From a virus (lineage: Duplodnaviria > Caudoviricetes): a stretch of 49,646 bases of DNA. Below, in pieces: positions 7,873 to 16,869 of this stretch (the stretch's first letter is position 1; each line of letters begins with the position of its first letter). The position numbers and the translations under genes were made by a program. Location of the stretch: the IMG/VR virus record IMGVR_UViG_3300008050_000064, positions 1 through 49,646 of that record; one strand, given 5' to 3'. A model generated the notes under the pieces. That model was given only the letters and a program-made list of their open reading frames with translations. It was not told where the DNA came from and did no database searches.

Positions 7873-9435
7873 ATGGCTAAAAGAGGAAAACACGCAATTA
7901 CTCAAACTAGGGATAACAAGGGAAGATTTGCTCAAAGCGATGACACCCTTGACAGAAGCAAAAGTCCAGAACAGGTGTTACAACCACCATTTGCCTCGGT
8001 CGTAGAATTACAACGGTCGTACATGAGCCACTTCACGAAAGTGTTGAGGCGTTCGGATATGGCACTTCGCCAAGACCGCCAACTACAAAGGCAGATGAGG
8101 CGTGACCCAGATGTCATGTCCCCATTGTTCCAAAGGCAGTCGGCAGTTGCGCTATTGGATTGGGAGATTGTCCCAGAAGATTCAACCGATGAGGTGCAAG
8201 TCGAACAGGCAAAAGAGCTTCAGAGAATTATCCAGAATAACCTTACTCAACCCGTTGAGTTTTTCAAGAGCATGTTGGAAGCAGTTTGGTACGGTCCATC
8301 CGCAATTCAGATAACGCCAGAAGTTCGTGGTGAAGATATAGTTCCAGGAAAGTGGATGCCAATACACTCAGACACCTTGGCGTTTACTGAAGAAGGCGAA
8401 CTTGGTTTATATGTTGGTCGAAGGTATGAGGGAGCATGGCAACAAGGTCCGTATGGTCTGCTACATATTCTTGAAGAAGAAGAACGAGAGCAAATCATAT
8501 TCCACACACACAATACCGAAGGTGCAGATTACGAAGTAGCAGAAGAAGCGGGATATGTTTATTCGGGTCGTGGACTTCGTGATGTTGTGTGGTTTCAGTG
8601 GGTTATGAAACAGACTGCCCTGCAATTCTACATGACCTACGTAGAGAGATATGGCATGGGCATACGTGTTGGCACATACCCAGACGGCAACGCATCTGCA
8701 CAATCTGTCATGCAAGATGTAATGGAAAACTTGGTCGGTGATGTTTCGGTTCTTATACCCAAGCAATCAGGTGGGGAAGATTTATATTCGCTCGATATTA
8801 AAGAGGTCAATGGAAACAACGCAAGAATCTTTGCAGATTTAATCGAAGGATACTTGGCGGGTCAGATTAAAGAACTCATTATTGGTCAGACAGCTACGAC
8901 AGAAGCCACAGCAACAGGTCTTGGTTCTTCGGTTGGCGACCAACACGCAGAAACATTTAGGCGCATTATTCAAACGGATGCAATTGGTCTTGCCAATACT
9001 CTTACCGAAGAATTTGTCCGAAGGTATCACAAATACAACTTTGGCGAAACGGACTACCTGCCACGTTTTGAGTTCGCACTAGAAAAGAATGACCCTCGTG
9101 AGTTTATGGAAGGTGTACGTTCGTTTGTCGAACTAGGTGGCTCAGTTTCCCAACGGCAAGCAAGGGAAATCTTGGGTATTACAGAACCAGAAGAAGGCGA
9201 AGAAGTATTATCATCACAGCAAGACCAACAACAAGCTATGCAAGAAGAAATGATGCAACAGCAAGGAATGGGTCAGCCACAACAGCAGGGACAAGGACAG
9301 CCAAGCCAAGATGATATAATGAGCCAGTTGTTTGGCGGTGGTATGCCCAAACCACCTAACGCAGAAAAGGCAGATAAAGCATTCAAGGAATTTGCAAAGA
9401 GTTTGAAGAAACACAATTTAGGTAAAAAACAATGA
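7873..9435 (+). CDS. portal protein, Mu gp29/DUF935-like
   Basis: QMRRDPDV, EAVWYGPS, YVERYGMGIRVGTYP, IKELIIGQTATT...GLGSSVGDQH; follows TerL; Q-rich C-terminal tail. Confidence 0.9.
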   Translation: MAKRGKHAITQTRDNKGRFAQSDDTLDRSKSPEQVLQPPFASVVELQRSYMSHFTKVLRRSDMALRQDRQLQRQMRRDPDVMSPLFQRQSAVALLDWEIVPEDSTDEVQVEQAKELQRIIQNNLTQPVEFFKSMLEAVWYGPSAIQITPEVRGEDIVPGKWMPIHSDTLAFTEEGELGLYVGRRYEGAWQQGPYGLLHILEEEEREQIIFHTHNTEGADYEVAEEAGYVYSGRGLRDVVWFQWVMKQTALQFYMTYVERYGMGIRVGTYPDGNASAQSVMQDVMENLVGDVSVLIPKQSGGEDLYSLDIKEVNGNNARIFADLIEGYLAGQIKELIIGQTATTEATATGLGSSVGDQHAETFRRIIQTDAIGLANTLTEEFVRRYHKYNFGETDYLPRFEFALEKNDPREFMEGVRSFVELGGSVSQRQAREILGITEPEEGEEVLSSQQDQQQAMQEEMMQQQGMGQPQQQGQGQPSQDDIMSQLFGGGMPKPPNAEKADKAFKEFAKSLKKHNLGKKQ

Positions 9436-11243
9436 GTAAATATAAAAGTTCATACGCAAAATTAGCGGTCAATCGAAAGAACAAATACGCAAGTGATTGC
9501 GGTGCAGGTAAAGAAGGCTCAAGTGGATTCCAACCTGGCAACACCTGTGCGGGTGACGGTGGTACGGGTGGTGGTGATGCTAAACAGAAGCCCAAAATGC
9601 CAAAGAAACCAAAAGACCCTTTAGACAAAAAACAATTAGGCATTGCCATTGATACGCTAGAAAATCCCGCCAAAGCGTTAATGGGTGGACCATCTGTATC
9701 CGAATCAAGAGAAATGTTGGCAGAAAAGTTTGGATATAATGACGAGCAACTAGATTGGCTTCAATACGGTCAGCATGGCGAAGATGCCCCCGACACAGGT
9801 GGTGGCGAAGGTTCAATACCCGAAGGTGCAAAACTACACAAAGGCGATTACTATTGGGAAGATTACAACGATGCTAAAAATTGGGCATCAGAAAACGGTT
9901 GGGAATTAGAAACAGACGGACACGACAATATAAAATCTTTTGGTCAAGGTTGGTCAGTACAAGCAGGTCCAAGTGGAAATTATGCAGGTCAAGACCCAGA
10001 AACAGGAGAAGAAGTCAATCCAAGAGAATGGAAAGGCATTGATGGAATGGACGATGCCGACACAGGTGCGGGCGAAGGTTTCGATGAAACGCCTGGAGCA
10101 GATGCACCAAGCAAAGAAGATATTGAAGCGATGGAAGGTCTTGACATCATGCAACCCGACACAGGTGCGGGCGAAGGTTTGGCAGATGAGGATGTATTGT
10201 TTACTGGTTCTGGAAAAATTGAACTTCCACTTTCCGAAGAAGCAAAAAGAGATGGTGCAACAATTTACAATACCGATATGAGTCATATTTCAGATGAAAT
10301 TTTAAATGAAGAACTAAATCAAATAGGTGACGGTTGGGATGTTGAAAATATGGATAGGCAAGAGAGGGAGGGTCTAATGTTGGAATCGCTCGTCATGGAT
10401 GCCGAAGATAGAGCATTTGAAACAGGTTCGGGCGAAGGTGGTGGCGAAGGTGGAGTCCCAGACTCCCCAACGAGCGAAGGTGGCAAGCCATACGGAACAG
10501 ATTCAGATATGCGGGTTTGGATTGGCGACTTGGGTGCACACAACGCAGGAGAACTTAAAGGCGAATGGGTAAACGCATCTGATGTTCAAGAAGCATGGGA
10601 ACACTTGCGTGAGAATGAAGGGTACGGTGAAGAATACTATATTGGTGATGTTGAGGGTGTTCCAAGAGATTTGGCAGGACAATACGGTTATGGTGATTTA
10701 GATGAAATAGCAAACTACGCAAACACTATGGAATCACATGACAACCCTGAAGCATTCCAGGCGTATGTTGATGCAACAGGTTTAAATATGGAAGATGCTG
10801 TCGAACAATTTGAAGATAGATACGCAGGTGAAGCAGGTGATATGGGTAGGCGAGGAAGTTACGATTTGCCTATGGGATTCGTTTATGATTTGATAGATGA
10901 CACAGGCGGTGTAGAAGAAATCATGAAAAACAATCCTGGTTCTTATGTAGACCGAGAAAAACTTGTGCGTGATTTAAGTTACGACAACAGATACGATATA
11001 CAGGAAGATGATGAGGGTTCAAAAGTTGTCGATGAAGATGGAGAGGTCGTATATCATGGAAGCGACTTTGATGATGCAGAAGGGTGGATTAAACAATCTG
11101 ACGAAGAATTAGCAGACGAACTTATTGAAGGCGGTGGTTTGTCAAATCCAGATTCTTACTTCGACTACGAACAGTACGCATTTGACTTGGTTATAGGTGG
11201 CGACATTATGGTTTCAGATGGCTATGTATTCTGGAATCAGTGA
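9432..11243 (+). CDS. ardA: multi-module acidic protein with N-terminal C-x15-C tag and C-terminal ArdA-like anti-restriction domain
   Basis: From 10509: RVWIGDLGAHNAGELKGEWV...EEYYIGDVEG...FEDRYAGE...YFDYEQYAFDL...GYVF match ArdA signatures; very D/E rich. Confidence 0.8.
   Translation: MSKYKSSYAKLAVNRKNKYASDCGAGKEGSSGFQPGNTCAGDGGTGGGDAKQKPKMPKKPKDPLDKKQLGIAIDTLENPAKALMGGPSVSESREMLAEKFGYNDEQLDWLQYGQHGEDAPDTGGGEGSIPEGAKLHKGDYYWEDYNDAKNWASENGWELETDGHDNIKSFGQGWSVQAGPSGNYAGQDPETGEEVNPREWKGIDGMDDADTGAGEGFDETPGADAPSKEDIEAMEGLDIMQPDTGAGEGLADEDVLFTGSGKIELPLSEEAKRDGATIYNTDMSHISDEILNEELNQIGDGWDVENMDRQEREGLMLESLVMDAEDRAFETGSGEGGGEGGVPDSPTSEGGKPYGTDSDMRVWIGDLGAHNAGELKGEWVNASDVQEAWEHLRENEGYGEEYYIGDVEGVPRDLAGQYGYGDLDEIANYANTMESHDNPEAFQAYVDATGLNMEDAVEQFEDRYAGEAGDMGRRGSYDLPMGFVYDLIDDTGGVEEIMKNNPGSYVDREKLVRDLSYDNRYDIQEDDEGSKVVDEDGEVVYHGSDFDDAEGWIKQSDEELADELIEGGGLSNPDSYFDYEQYAFDLVIGGDIMVSDGYVFWNQ
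9492..9560 (+). repeat. coding repeat copy 1, SDCGAGKEGSSGFQPGNTCAGDG
   Basis: One of five in-frame copies. Confidence 0.95.
10057..10180 (+). repeat. 25-nt direct repeat CCGACACAGGTGCGGGCGAAGGTTT (DTGAGEG linker)
   Basis: Identical at 10057-10081 and 10156-10180; degenerate copies near 9790 and 10419. Confidence 0.9.
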
Positions 11244-12911
11244 GTGTCAAAACTATCCGACCAGATACGACAGGAATATCGTGAAGCGGTAGCATGTGCG
11301 GTAGAGGGCAAGGACGATATACAGGCGTGGGGTAAAGTATATCAATCGCTATCGCAAGCTATCTTTTCCGCTTGGCTATCCTCGGTTGCAGATAACACCG
11401 AAGGCATAGAAGAATGCGATGTTGCAAAACTAATCTTTGCCAAGTCCGACTGTGGTGCAGGAAAAGATAACGCCCCAGGTTTCCAACCTGGAAACACTTG
11501 TGCGGGAGAAGGCGGTGGTGAAGACATACTGACATCTGCAATTAAAAAACATGATTACAAATCTGAAGATTATAGAAATAAGAGTAGACTTGCAAAACAA
11601 CTAAAGGATATAGTTTTAGACAGCAATAACAAATCTCAAATAACCAACAATGTCGAATCAGGCACAATTTTTGCTGTACACGAATCTTTAAAAGACCTCG
11701 AAAATTTTAACTTGAAAGATTTATCACGTTGGTATGGAGAACATTATCAACCCGATGCAAACAGAATTTATAAAACAGGCAACAAATCAGATTTGGCTTC
11801 TACTGAGTTTTACGAATTTGTAAAATCGTATGTCACGATGTCAGAAGAAGAACAGTTAGAAAATCAAAACAAACTAGTAAAAAAAGCAGACGATTTTGTT
11901 TGTTCGGTCTACTTAGACGGTGCAAACATTGCTTACGATAGCGAATCAGGTGTTGAAGATTATGAGTACACAAACAAAAGTGGTGAAAAATCTGGCATAA
12001 CAATGATTTCGAAAACAAAAGTCTTTGAAGATGTAGAAGAATTTATAGACGACAGGTTTACATTAAGAGATGCAGACAAAGCTGAAATTAGAGTTCTGAC
12101 GGAATTTGGAGAAGAATTAGACGGTACAGTTAAAAGCGGTAAGATAAAAGAATTGTGGAAACACAAAACCAAGAACTTTTTAGAAGCATTATCTGATGTT
12201 AAAAAAATACTAAAAGAGAAAAACATACAGATACCAAATTTAGAAATTCACATGAGTATGTACCCATTTCATAAAAAACACACCTCATTAGCCGTATTTA
12301 CAAACCCAGGCAGAGGTCTTACTGAGTTCAAGTCACCATTAAGTTTTAACCTAGAAGATTTTGTTTGGGAAAATTCTGAAAGAGTAAGAGAGAGTACAGA
12401 GTATGAAGATGATGACGGAAATGAAGTAGAACAATTTAAATTTGTAGCAGGACGATTAGAAAAAGAAGATGCACTTAGACAAGTTATTTTGCATGAAATA
12501 GGACACCAGTTGCACCACACCAACTTAGCGTTTGATAGTATTAAAAGAAGGCACAAAACACCCGACAGTGTAGAAAATTTAATTAAACATCATAAAGAAG
12601 GGCAATTAACAAGGGGTACAAAGTCGGGTGAGGAGCTTATGTACAGGACATCGCAATTTTTGTCTGACTTAGAAGTAACACATGCTCAATATGAGCAAAA
12701 ACCTTGGGACATAGCTCAGTTTGAAGAAGGTTTAGATATAGTTGATGGTGGTGATTGGTTTAGATATATAAATGCAAATGTATCCAATTATGCCTCACAA
12801 AATCATTCCGAATTTATAGCAGAAACTTTTTCGGGTTTATCGCTTGGTTTGGAGTTTGACGACCTAATTATGAAAATGTACGAAAACTTAGGTGGACCAT
12901 TGGTGGGCTAA
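11244..12911 (+). CDS. protein with C-x15-C tag and C-terminal zincin-like metallopeptidase
   Basis: HEIGH at 12492 followed by VSNYASQNHSEFIAETF, typical of phage head-associated HExxH peptidases. Confidence 0.75.
   Translation: MSKLSDQIRQEYREAVACAVEGKDDIQAWGKVYQSLSQAIFSAWLSSVADNTEGIEECDVAKLIFAKSDCGAGKDNAPGFQPGNTCAGEGGGEDILTSAIKKHDYKSEDYRNKSRLAKQLKDIVLDSNNKSQITNNVESGTIFAVHESLKDLENFNLKDLSRWYGEHYQPDANRIYKTGNKSDLASTEFYEFVKSYVTMSEEEQLENQNKLVKKADDFVCSVYLDGANIAYDSESGVEDYEYTNKSGEKSGITMISKTKVFEDVEEFIDDRFTLRDADKAEIRVLTEFGEELDGTVKSGKIKELWKHKTKNFLEALSDVKKILKEKNIQIPNLEIHMSMYPFHKKHTSLAVFTNPGRGLTEFKSPLSFNLEDFVWENSERVRESTEYEDDDGNEVEQFKFVAGRLEKEDALRQVILHEIGHQLHHTNLAFDSIKRRHKTPDSVENLIKHHKEGQLTRGTKSGEELMYRTSQFLSDLEVTHAQYEQKPWDIAQFEEGLDIVDGGDWFRYINANVSNYASQNHSEFIAETFSGLSLGLEFDDLIMKMYENLGGPLVG
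11445..11513 (+). repeat. coding repeat copy 2, SDCGAGKDNAPGFQPGNTCAGEG
   Basis: In frame, preceded by LIFAK. Confidence 0.95.
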
Positions 12912-14201
12912 ATGACATATTTCATAGAAAAACCAAAAACTATACAAGAACTAGATGAGCAATTAGAGTTTAGTTATGCAACACTAGGCAAGCCAACAAA
13001 CTGGAAAGAAAATAGACAAAGACTTATTAAATTGTACAACCTGAAGATAACACACGCTAAAAGTGACTGTGGCGCAGGTAAAGACAACGCTCCTGGTTTT
13101 CAAGAAGGGAATACTTGTGCGGGTGACGGTGGTGGAAAGACAGAAAGCGGTACAGCTCCATATAGTATAGGCACAGAAACAATAGGCAAGCTCAAAGGTG
13201 CGGGTGTGTTTATACACGAAGGTGTAGAATCTTCAATTATCGAATACGAAGAAATGTTAAAAGCGGTACTTGACAACCCAAAGCCACAAAGAAAACAATC
13301 TAGTAAAACGAACGAAAACCTAAGAGAAGTTACTGAATCATACGCAGAAAACTTCTATTCTAAACAAGCTTCGTGGTTAGCAAACATTGATGGATTTGAT
13401 AGAGATGCGTTACATGAATACACAACTGGTGATTACGGTGCAATGAACAGACTGTTACTAATGGTAAAAGATGGTGAGGTAGACGAATCGGAAATGTACG
13501 ATACTGCTACTTACCGATTGCAAAAAATGATAGAAGATGCTCCAGAGTTTGATGGTTCGCAAAAAGTTTATAGCGGAATATCACCTGGAAAAATCCTAGA
13601 CATAGTAGATGATAACTACAACAGAAGTAATGGACTGTATGATTTGTTTGCAAAAAAACTTTTTAAGTTGGCAGAAAGTTCAGAGCAAAGATACGAAGAC
13701 GGAACGGGTTTTATAGATGAAGATAAATTTAATTCCGAGGCAAAAGAACTAATAAGAAACGCAGTTATAGACAAAATTAAAAAACGATGGTCTGAAAACA
13801 GAAACTCGATAATAAGTATAGATGGACTAATATCTACTTCTTCAGACATAGATGTTGCGTTACATCATTCGTCACCAGAAGACATAAAACTTGGCAGGGG
13901 ACTAAACGAAGCAAGTAGAATGTCACGAATGTACTTGCGTAAGCTAAATAAACTACTACAAAAAAACGGTTTTGATTCAGTAACTTCTAGTTTTCTAAAT
14001 GAAAACATGGCAAGCATTCCAAAAACTATACTCAGAATAAATGGACTTAAAAAAGGAGTTGCGGTTGAGCCGTTTGCCAACCAGGCATATCCTGACGAAT
14101 TTGAAATTATTGTTGGTGCAGGACACAACACATGGAAATTAAATTCAATAGAGCATAACGAAGATGACGATAAAATTTATGTAGATGTGGAGGAAGTATG
14201 A
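12912..14201 (+). CDS. protein with C-x15-C tag and VIP2/exoenzyme-type ADP-ribosyltransferase-like domain
   Basis: ALHEYT..DY..MN..L, VYSG (R position is S), ISTSS, DEFEII (ExE). Confidence 0.7.
   Translation: MTYFIEKPKTIQELDEQLEFSYATLGKPTNWKENRQRLIKLYNLKITHAKSDCGAGKDNAPGFQEGNTCAGDGGGKTESGTAPYSIGTETIGKLKGAGVFIHEGVESSIIEYEEMLKAVLDNPKPQRKQSSKTNENLREVTESYAENFYSKQASWLANIDGFDRDALHEYTTGDYGAMNRLLLMVKDGEVDESEMYDTATYRLQKMIEDAPEFDGSQKVYSGISPGKILDIVDDNYNRSNGLYDLFAKKLFKLAESSEQRYEDGTGFIDEDKFNSEAKELIRNAVIDKIKKRWSENRNSIISIDGLISTSSDIDVALHHSSPEDIKLGRGLNEASRMSRMYLRKLNKLLQKNGFDSVTSSFLNENMASIPKTILRINGLKKGVAVEPFANQAYPDEFEIIVGAGHNTWKLNSIEHNEDDDKIYVDVEEV
13062..13130 (+). repeat. coding repeat copy 3, SDCGAGKDNAPGFQEGNTCAGDG
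   Basis: In frame, preceded by THAK. Confidence 0.95.
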
Positions 14202-16687
14202 GTAGGTTTATACTTTTGCCAGAACGTGTAACATTATCAAAAGCTAAAGATACTTTTGCCAAGTCCGACTGCGGAGCAGGTAAAGATAACGCACCTGGAT
14301 TCCAAGAAGGGAACACTTGTGCGGGAGAAGGTGGTGGTGCGGGTGAGGGCAAACCCAAACCGTTTCTTCACAAACCGAACAAAGAGCTTGCGAAGATGTA
14401 TGGTGCAGAACAAGTGTTTCACGATAGCCCAGGGGGGGAATGGGAAGAAGAGAAAAAGAAAGAAGTTTTAGCAAGAGATGTAGAAACTAGAGAATACAAA
14501 TGGCAAGATGATTTCCAAAAAAAGTATTATCCAGAATTAAGCGAAGAAGAAAGACACAAAAGAATAGTTAGGGAATTAAGTGGTAGGCGAATGGGTGCGC
14601 CTACATTAGTGCTAAGAAACATATCAGTAAACCCAAATATACTTGAGTTTGTTAATGGTTTTTATAATGAAATAAGAGAATTGTCTTCGCCTAGAACACA
14701 GGTGTTAGTTGATTCTATGAAGAAAGATGGTTGGAAAGAAGACAGTTGGATACACATTGCTGTTCTAAGTGATGGCGATGTTCGTATCATGGAAGGCAAC
14801 CATAGAAAAGTAGCATCATTAGAAGCGGGTCTTGATAAAGTAAATTTAGAAGTCAATTATCACCTTGGAGCAGAAAAACTTGACCCAGAAGAATACAGTG
14901 ACGAAATTTTTCATCCAGAAAATCTATACGAATACATTGAACAGTTAAGAAGTAAAGATAAATCTGAACATAAGAAAAAGTTCGCATCTGATTGCGGAGC
15001 AGGTAAAGAGGGTAGTGCAGGGTTTCAGCCAGGTAATACTTGTGCGGGTGAGGGCAACAGCCAAACATCTACACCAGAGTTTAAGAACTGGTTCGGTGAT
15101 AGTTGGACTCTTGATATGGATGGAAACGCTCAAGTTTTATATCATGGCACTACCGAAGATTTTGATGAATTTGAAATTGAATCACAAAAAGAGGGTATGT
15201 TTGGTAGTGCTTTTTATTTTGCTGAAGAAGTAAGTGTTGCGGGTTCACACACAATACTTGACAAGGGCGAGTCGGGTCAGAACATTAAACCTGTTTACAT
15301 AAAATTAGAAAAACCTATATTCATACCGCCTTCAAACGACTTTACATCAAGACCTGTTAAAAACAATTACACAGAAGAATGGGAATATAATACAGAAATA
15401 ACCACAGGAGAATTTTTTGATTCTTTAAGCGAATCCGAAGATAAAGATTTTGGCAAATATCTTAAATGGCTAAAAAAGAAAGACGAGGAGAATTTTTGGG
15501 AATTTGATAATTCCTTGAATGATGGTGTTGTCTATTATGATGACATTTGGGATTTCTTTGCGTGGAGAAAAAACCCAAGAAAGAGGAAGCGAATAAAAAG
15601 GGGTTCTTATGGACTAAAGGGTGGTTGGGAAGACCAATCAGACATATACACAGACACGCACGAGTTTTACCAACGACTTGGATATGATGGTTTTGTTGTC
15701 TACGACAATACAAACTATTACACAACCCTGTATGACGAAGAAAGTCCAGAGGGATATATAACAGATGTTGAGGGCGGTCAAACATACGGAGTTTTTGACC
15801 CTACACAAATTAAATCAGCCACAGGCAACACAGGTGACTTTGACCCAGACAATCCGAAGATTACACATAAGCGAGAGTTTGCCAGAGATAAGGACATACA
15901 AGAAGAATTTGACTTTATGTTTGACGAGTTCAGAATTGATTTCGATTTTGAATCAGCTCCTAACCTAAGAGCATTGGCAGATTTAGAAGGCAGAGTCCCA
16001 ATGCTACGCATGCAAGTAGAGCAGATGGAACGAATAGCCAACAACATGGCTATGGAAATCGTTTCTACTGAACGGCTTAACATACTACCTTACCTACAAA
16101 AAACATCGCATGCTATAAAGTCTGCTTTGCGTAATGCTTTTTGGGTATCCGATGTGGACCATGCAACTGTTGTCAATCTTCAAAAACTTCTAGCTGATGC
16201 TATTCGTGGCGTTATGCCAGATAAGTCGCTTAGTCTTCCAGAATTTATTGATAGTTCCAAGTTAGAAGGCGCAGTAAATTTAACCGATGCTCGGCTAGAA
16301 ACTATCTATCGCACCAACATTATGACATCGGCTAACGAAGGAGTCATGTCTGTATTGCGTTCGGACGAGGGGCAAGATGCGTTTCCGTTAGTGATGATTA
16401 CTGAAATTGTAGATGATAGGAGTAGACCACACCACGCAGTAATGGACGGATACATCACAACTCCAGGCGAAATGGATAGGCAAAACCTAAGACCGCCAAA
16501 TGGTTACAACTGTCGGGCTACACTAATAAAGATAGATTGGGATTCCGCAAACGACATGGGTTTACTTGACGAATATGGTAATCCAGATATGATTGCAATA
16601 AATAAGAAGAATACGCCAGAACAGCAAGGTTTAATAAAAGCAGGAATTTACCCAGACGAAGGTTTTAAACGAGGGAACTTTATATGA
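14198..16687 (+). CDS. MuF (Mu gpF/SPP1 gp7-like) head morphogenesis protein fused to ParB/Srx-like and ART-PolyVal-like domains
   Basis: MEGNHRKVA (ParB-like); TPEFKNWFGDS..YHGT..FYFA..PVYI..GYDG..FDPTQIKSATGN.G.FD (polyvalent-protein ART-like); RLETIYRTN..DDRSRPHH..PPNGYNCR (MuF). Confidence 0.85.
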   Translation: MSRFILLPERVTLSKAKDTFAKSDCGAGKDNAPGFQEGNTCAGEGGGAGEGKPKPFLHKPNKELAKMYGAEQVFHDSPGGEWEEEKKKEVLARDVETREYKWQDDFQKKYYPELSEEERHKRIVRELSGRRMGAPTLVLRNISVNPNILEFVNGFYNEIRELSSPRTQVLVDSMKKDGWKEDSWIHIAVLSDGDVRIMEGNHRKVASLEAGLDKVNLEVNYHLGAEKLDPEEYSDEIFHPENLYEYIEQLRSKDKSEHKKKFASDCGAGKEGSAGFQPGNTCAGEGNSQTSTPEFKNWFGDSWTLDMDGNAQVLYHGTTEDFDEFEIESQKEGMFGSAFYFAEEVSVAGSHTILDKGESGQNIKPVYIKLEKPIFIPPSNDFTSRPVKNNYTEEWEYNTEITTGEFFDSLSESEDKDFGKYLKWLKKKDEENFWEFDNSLNDGVVYYDDIWDFFAWRKNPRKRKRIKRGSYGLKGGWEDQSDIYTDTHEFYQRLGYDGFVVYDNTNYYTTLYDEESPEGYITDVEGGQTYGVFDPTQIKSATGNTGDFDPDNPKITHKREFARDKDIQEEFDFMFDEFRIDFDFESAPNLRALADLEGRVPMLRMQVEQMERIANNMAMEIVSTERLNILPYLQKTSHAIKSALRNAFWVSDVDHATVVNLQKLLADAIRGVMPDKSLSLPEFIDSSKLEGAVNLTDARLETIYRTNIMTSANEGVMSVLRSDEGQDAFPLVMITEIVDDRSRPHHAVMDGYITTPGEMDRQNLRPPNGYNCRATLIKIDWDSANDMGLLDEYGNPDMIAINKKNTPEQQGLIKAGIYPDEGFKRGNFI
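14264..14332 (+). repeat. coding repeat copy 4, SDCGAGKDNAPGFQEGNTCAGEG
   Basis: In frame, preceded by DTFAK. Confidence 0.95.
14987..15055 (+). repeat. coding repeat copy 5, SDCGAGKEGSAGFQPGNTCAGEG
   Basis: In frame, internal, between the ParB-like and ART-like domains; preceded by KKKFA. Confidence 0.95.
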
Positions 16688-16869
16688 GGCACAAGACATT
16701 TTACACTTTGACCGAAACAGCTTCCATGTTGCGAGTAAGCGAAAATACGATTTATCGGATGGCAAGGCGAGGGGACATCAATGGAACGAAGGTTGGAAGA
16801 CAGTGGAGATTTTCCGATGAATCCATCCAGAACATGAAAAAAGCTTCTGACAAAAAAACCCACTACTAA
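16684..16869 (+). CDS. excisionase-family (HTH_17-like) DNA-binding protein
   Basis: YTLTETASMLRVSENTIYRMARRGDI.G.KVGRQWRF. Confidence 0.85.
   Translation: MRHKTFYTLTETASMLRVSENTIYRMARRGDINGTKVGRQWRFSDESIQNMKKASDKKTHY

Noticed and set aside
9210-9330. CAA/CAG-rich stretch as a DNA repeat element
   Set aside because: Explained by the Gln-rich low-complexity tail of the portal protein.
9492-15055. Five ~70-nt repeats read as a CRISPR array or DGR template/variable repeats
   Set aside because: Spacing is 0.7-2 kb, the copies are in-frame coding with synonymous variation not confined to adenines, and I recognise no cas or reverse transcriptase gene.
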